Assembly: GCA_951406725.2 (NCBI GenBank)
Contig: OX597817.1
Coordinates: 133,052,001 to 133,116,000, forward strand
Reading direction: 5' to 3'
Length of the DNA stretch: 64,000 nucleotides
Origin: Octopus vulgaris
Taxonomy: Eukaryota
Shown: piece by piece, positions 58,336-64,000 of the stretch
Position numbering within the stretch: position 1 is the stretch's first letter
Layout of the letters: each line of letters opens with the position of its first letter
Translations under genes and position numbers: made by a program
The notes under the pieces: model-generated
What the model saw: only the letters and a program-made list of their open reading frames with translations
Told to the model about the DNA's origin: nothing
Databases searched by the model: none

Positions 58336-58337
<2 letters not shown>
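57190..58337 (+). mobile_element. Penelope-like element 3' portion: RT end, GIY-YIG endonuclease, 3' pLTR with degenerate hammerhead (57994-58070)
   Basis: NIGKYFLPLLDRHFP..HKYRKLFNRHNLKISFS...IIYEATV...YVGYTERNFKARFNNH; ATCATA CTGACGA...GAAAC...TATGAT; ends at (TA)n. Confidence 0.88.
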
Positions 58338-58414
<77 letters not shown>

Positions 58415-58738
58415 ATATATACATATATGTATATTCATACATGCGGTGAGTGTGAATGTATGCCTTTATGAGTGTGTATATATATATGTATGAGTATCAA
58501 GTTAGAGGGGTTTAATACCTCTAAGGGATAATTAAATCCAGAGTCGCTCCAGGCTATTAGCTCGGTTGGTACAGTCTTTTGTAAGGTTGTACGGTAGCAA
58601 GTGGATCGGTTGGTAAAACGAAGTTTAGTTTATATAGGAGAAGAAAATGGATAAAACAACAATGGGAAGCTCGTGGTTTACGCTGGTATGTCTTTAATTA
58701 AATAGGTAACAAAGGAGGAAGAAGCAGAGATGAGGGTA

Positions 58739-58789
58739 GCATTTACGATCGTTTCGATTTATTGGGTTAAGTAAATCTCTTCAGAATGC
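58739..58789 (-). ncRNA. Perfect type I hammerhead ribozyme
   Basis: Minus strand reads GCATT CTGAAGA GATTTA cttaacccaa TAAATC GAA ACGATCGT A AATGC; all core residues and three stems intact; GUA cleavage after 58744. Confidence 0.88.
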
Positions 58790-59082
58790 GAATATAGATA
58801 GATGCATCGGTCAGGATGCGAAAATAATTGATACATATGTGATGGTAATGTAAACAAAGTGGTAATTCTTACATTGAAATTTTGTTCTTGCGCTGGTAAA
58901 TTCGCTGGGTAGAGGTTTGCTTGTGGTAGATTAGTTAGTTTCGTTGGGTAGTTAGGGCGGGGTGAGTATTTGAGAATGTATATACTTGTTACAGTCCCTC
59001 TCCCCACCCCAAGATCACGGATAGACTCTGCATTTTTACTATGTTCCTGTACAATATATAATGGTAAAGGGTGAAGGCTCAT

Positions 59083-59405
59083 GGCTAACTGATTAGAGCA
59101 TCGGGATTACGACTGTGAGGTTGTGAGTTCGATTCCGGGACCGGGCTGCGTGTTGTAACCTTGAGGAAGATACTTTATTTCATGTTGCTCAGTTCGCACA
59201 GCTGTAGAAAAGAGTTGTGGTGTCACTGGTGCCAAGCTGTATCAGTCCCTTTGCCTTTCCCTTGGATAACATAAGTGGTGTGGAGAGGAGAGGCTGGTAT
59301 GCATGGGCGACTGCTGGTCTTCCATAAACAACCTTGCCCAGACTTGTGCCTCGGAGGGTAACTTTCTAAGTACAATCCCATGGTCATTCATGGCCGAAGG
59401 GGGGT
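59083..59405 (+). mobile_element. tRNA-derived SINE (family C-like head, different tail) ending in (CTT)n
   Basis: ggctaactgattagagca...gagttcgattcc, then accttgag.aaga.actttatttca.gttgctc shared with the 15570 and 21932 copies. Confidence 0.75.
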
Positions 59406-59513
59406 CTTCTTCTTCTTTCCTCTTCTTCTTCTTCTTGTTTTTCTTCTTCTTCTTCCTTCTTCTTCTGCATACATACATGCATGCATACATATGTAATATA
59501 TAATATATATATA

Positions 59514-59563
<50 letters not shown>

Positions 59564-60001
59564 TGTGTATGTGTGTGTGTGCGTGTGTGTGTGTGTGAGT
59601 GTGTATGTGTGTGTGTGTGTGCCTGTGTGTGTATCATGCGCAGATAAACACATATATGCATGTTTACAATGTCAAAGAGACCAGATACTTGAAATCTGTT
59701 TGTGTAGGTCTGCCGCTCGATGAGACAGTGTGAAGAGAGCCATATCATGTTGTCCCGATAGAAATCCGGATCGAAGAAGATTTCGCCTCTCCATGATTGA
59801 CGAAGGAAGAATCGTTGAACAATCAATTCCTCTTGGAATTATTGCAACTAACGTGCATTGCATAGAAATTGACCAAATCCATAAGTACACACACGCACAT
59901 ACACACGCACACATACACATATGTGTATATGTAAATGCATACATATATATAAACATATATATATACATATACGTAAACATATTTATATATACATATACAT
60001 A

Positions 60002-60075
<74 letters not shown>

Positions 60076-60215
60076 TAATGCATACATGCATACATAAGTT
60101 TTCACACATGCTATTTATTTCATCTTCCTTTCAGCTGATTTCTCAATACACATTTATGAACATACTCACCAAACGTGTGTTATTTTACATGTATATACAC
60201 TCACGCACACACTAT

Positions 60216-60288
<73 letters not shown>

Positions 60289-60424
60289 AATCTATCAATC
60301 TATGTACCTATCTACATTTATATATGCGTGTATGTGTGTGCGTATCTCTTTATCACACCCATTATATTTGTTTACTTATATATATACATGGCTAAAACAA
60401 GTAAAAGAGTAAAAGAGTAAAAGA

Positions 60425-60520
<96 letters not shown>

Positions 60521-61314
60521 GCATATATACATACACACATACATATATACATGCATACACAAACGTATGTATATTTATATGCATTTTACGTTGGTGTAAT
60601 AACCTTTACGAAATCTGGCTTCTATTGCAGCAAGCATTTCGTTGAAATCATCGCAATTCGTTGATTTATAGAAATAATTAATAGCCTGGATAGGGTTTCT
60701 ACTAGTTGAGTGACCCACGGGTTAATCATCCTGGAACGGATGGTTGCAAAACTGCCGTGGGGTGTTGGTGGTGCTGTTATGGCGAGGTGGCTGCTGCTTC
60801 TGGTGGCGGAGTTGATGTTTTGACAAAGAAAAGGTCTACGTTCACACAGAAATTTAGTAATTTTGCCAAAACATTGGATTCTAGAACTGTTGAAATATTT
60901 TCCACGGAATATGGCTGCTCTTCTGACAGTCACGTTGTTTACGACACATATGTACGCCAAACTACAGCTTCTTTTTGTTTCTTACTGTTAATGCTTCTTA
61001 CATAAAATTGAATAACTTACTACCGGGGGGTCGCGTTGGTGGCAGTCTGTGGGGGGGGGGTCTGGTCTGGAAATATAAAAAAGAGTCAAGAGTCATACCC
61101 CTCCAACCCATTCGTGTTGTATATTGTTTTAAGCGGTATTCGTATGTAAAATTGCTTGCAAATATAATCAAGAAGGTTTATATTTGCAGGTCAGTATTTT
61201 TGTATATGTGCGAGATCTGTTTTGTATGTGAGATGACGGAAAGTAAATTATATACATACATGAACGCAAGTATTCATAAATAAATACATATGTACAAACA
61301 TACATGAGAACGTG

Positions 61315-61370
<56 letters not shown>

Positions 61371-61443
61371 ATACATACGTGTTTATGAATAGCTATCCAT
61401 CTGTCTGTGGGATATCTACGTGTACGAGATTTTTTGGTATATG

Positions 61444-61475
<32 letters not shown>

Positions 61476-61507
61476 TGTATGTATGTATGTATATATATAT
61501 ATATATA

Positions 61508-61549
<42 letters not shown>

Positions 61550-61589
61550 TATATATATATATGTATATATATATATATTTATATATATG

Positions 61590-61653
<64 letters not shown>

Positions 61654-62069
61654 TATGTATGTGAACATCTATATGCTTATATAAGTATGTACATATATAT
61701 AAATATATATTTATATATGAATATGTACGTATTTATATATCTATGTATATGTGTATATATACTTACTACACATATACATACACCCACCCGCCCGCGCACA
61801 CACACACACGCGCGTGCACACATAACGTTGGCGTGTGAAGTGGGTGCAGCATGATAGGGATGGTAGATGTGGAAGAAAACAATAAGAAATAACAACAACA
61901 ACAACAAAATAAGTTGTTAATGTCGTAAAAGAAGTGTCGAGCCAATTGGACTTGCATTTTTGGTTTATTACTGCATTCTGATTAAACTGTCCCACAGAAT
62001 CTAAGAGATGCAGGCGGCCTCTCTCATTCCCCCCCTCTCTCTCTCAGCCCTTTTAACACACACACACGC

Positions 62070-62127
<58 letters not shown>

Positions 62128-62227
62128 ATTGTAATATATGCGGATGTGTGTAGACAATGATCCAATCTATTAAAAGGCTTATTTCATTTCGCTAATATGC
62201 AAACATGTGCATGTATACATATATGCA

Positions 62228-62297
<70 letters not shown>

Positions 62298-62750
62298 GAG
62301 AAAGAGAGAGAGAGAAAGAGAAAGAGAGACATACATACATACATATATACATACATGCACACATATATATATATTTATATATATAACTATATATGTGTGT
62401 GTGCATGTATATGTGTGTGTATGTGTGTGCATGTGTGTGTGTTGGTGTGTGTGTGAATGTGTGTAATATGTAAGGATTATGTATGTCCATGTATGTTTAA
62501 TATATGTTTTTTGGGCATTTGGGCGGGAATTAGCAGAAGCAGGAATGTTAGGGTGCCACTAGGTGCGTTTCAGGTTAATACAGCTGCAGTTATATATGAC
62601 CGTATGAATAGACTTATAAATCAGCAATTTGAGTATGTGTACGTCTGTCTATCTATCTGTATGTCTGTCTATCCTATCTGTTGATCTATCTATCTATCTG
62701 TCTGTCTGTCTAGTTAGCTATCTATCTATCTGATTGTCTATCTTTCTATG

Positions 62751-62900
<150 letters not shown>

Positions 62901-62901
62901 G

Positions 62902-63032
<131 letters not shown>

Positions 63033-63061
63033 ATATATATATATGTATGTATGTACGTATG

Positions 63062-63132
<71 letters not shown>

Positions 63133-63197
63133 ATATGTATGCATGTATATATATACATACATGCACTCATACACACATAGAAATACGTGTATATATC

Positions 63198-63313
<116 letters not shown>

Positions 63314-63320
63314 TATATAC

Positions 63321-63379
<59 letters not shown>

Positions 63380-63384
<5 letters not shown>

Positions 63385-64000
63385 GGTGCGTAAGATATTT
63401 GTGGACTGATTTATGGTTATAAATAAAACAGATATATAATAGCAGATTAAAACTTTATTTATCAAAAGATGCTGTGAGGATAAAAAATAAACCTTCTTTT
63501 CTATAATGCTATTCAATAAAACCACCTTCAGCTTCCACAACTGCTTCTGTATGAGATCGAATGAAATGATCCTGGTTCGTTTTGGACATTACACTGACTA
63601 TGGCAGCTTTTAAAGAATATTTCATGTTATGGGAGTGTTTAATGACCTCTCACTCAACAACACTCCACTTATAATAGCCGAATGGATTGAAACCTGGGGA
63701 ATTGGGAGCCCAAATGTTAGGGTTTATGGGATCATAAAAATGTTCAGTCATCCATTCCTGTGTTACTAGAGCCATTTGTGATAGTACAGAGTCTTACTGA
63801 AACACATATGGCCTTCCGTTGCATACACTGTCTTATCCAGGGCTTGAGCTCAATGTTGGCGGCAGAGTTAATTCTAAGGCCTTGTGGAAAGGCGTAAAGG
63901 GGCATCACATGTCCTTCTTACCGACAACCCCTAAAACCATGACAGTTGCATGAAATTTATATGCATAACACTTGGAACTTCAGAAGGGTCTGCACATACA
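63380..64000 (-). mobile_element. Tc1/mariner-superfamily transposon 3' part (decayed transposase 63509-64000, runs off window)
   Basis: Minus strand, across frames: CADPSEVPSVMH...VMVLGVV..EGHVMP...GRPYVFQ.DS...NIWAPNSP..NP..Y..WSVVE...[10 protein letters not shown]; terminal cacggtgcgtaag next to TA. Confidence 0.85.

Noticed and set aside
59680-61005. Unique-sequence ORFs near 59730 and 60622-61005 as exons of a second gene
   Set aside because: No recognisable domain or convincing splice pair; left unannotated.

Overview
AT-rich, microsatellite-saturated animal genomic DNA. The SINE families and repeat landscape suggest a coleoid cephalopod such as Octopus (inference). There is one host gene: a PRDM8-like PR/SET zinc-finger transcription factor on the + strand, with three phase-compatible coding exons (17793-17948, 19055-19274, 23174-24456). 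The rest is mobile DNA: three or four tRNA-derived SINE families, a near-full-length R4/Dong-clade LINE plus relics sitting in (AAT)n tracts, mariner/hAT relics and MITEs, and many Penelope-like element (PLE) pieces next to (TA)n. The strongest hidden signal is about a dozen hammerhead-ribozyme (HHR) motifs in PLE-type terminal repeats. These include one perfect type I HHR (58739-58789, -), variants whose 3-8 tertiary pair covaries (C-G, U-A, G-C), and an identical duplicated, apparently non-circularly permuted HHR (39457-39613 / 40225-40381) bounding a 768-nt retrozyme-like unit. Most short ORFs in the track are microsatellite translations. All structures were read by eye; no folding or database search was run.
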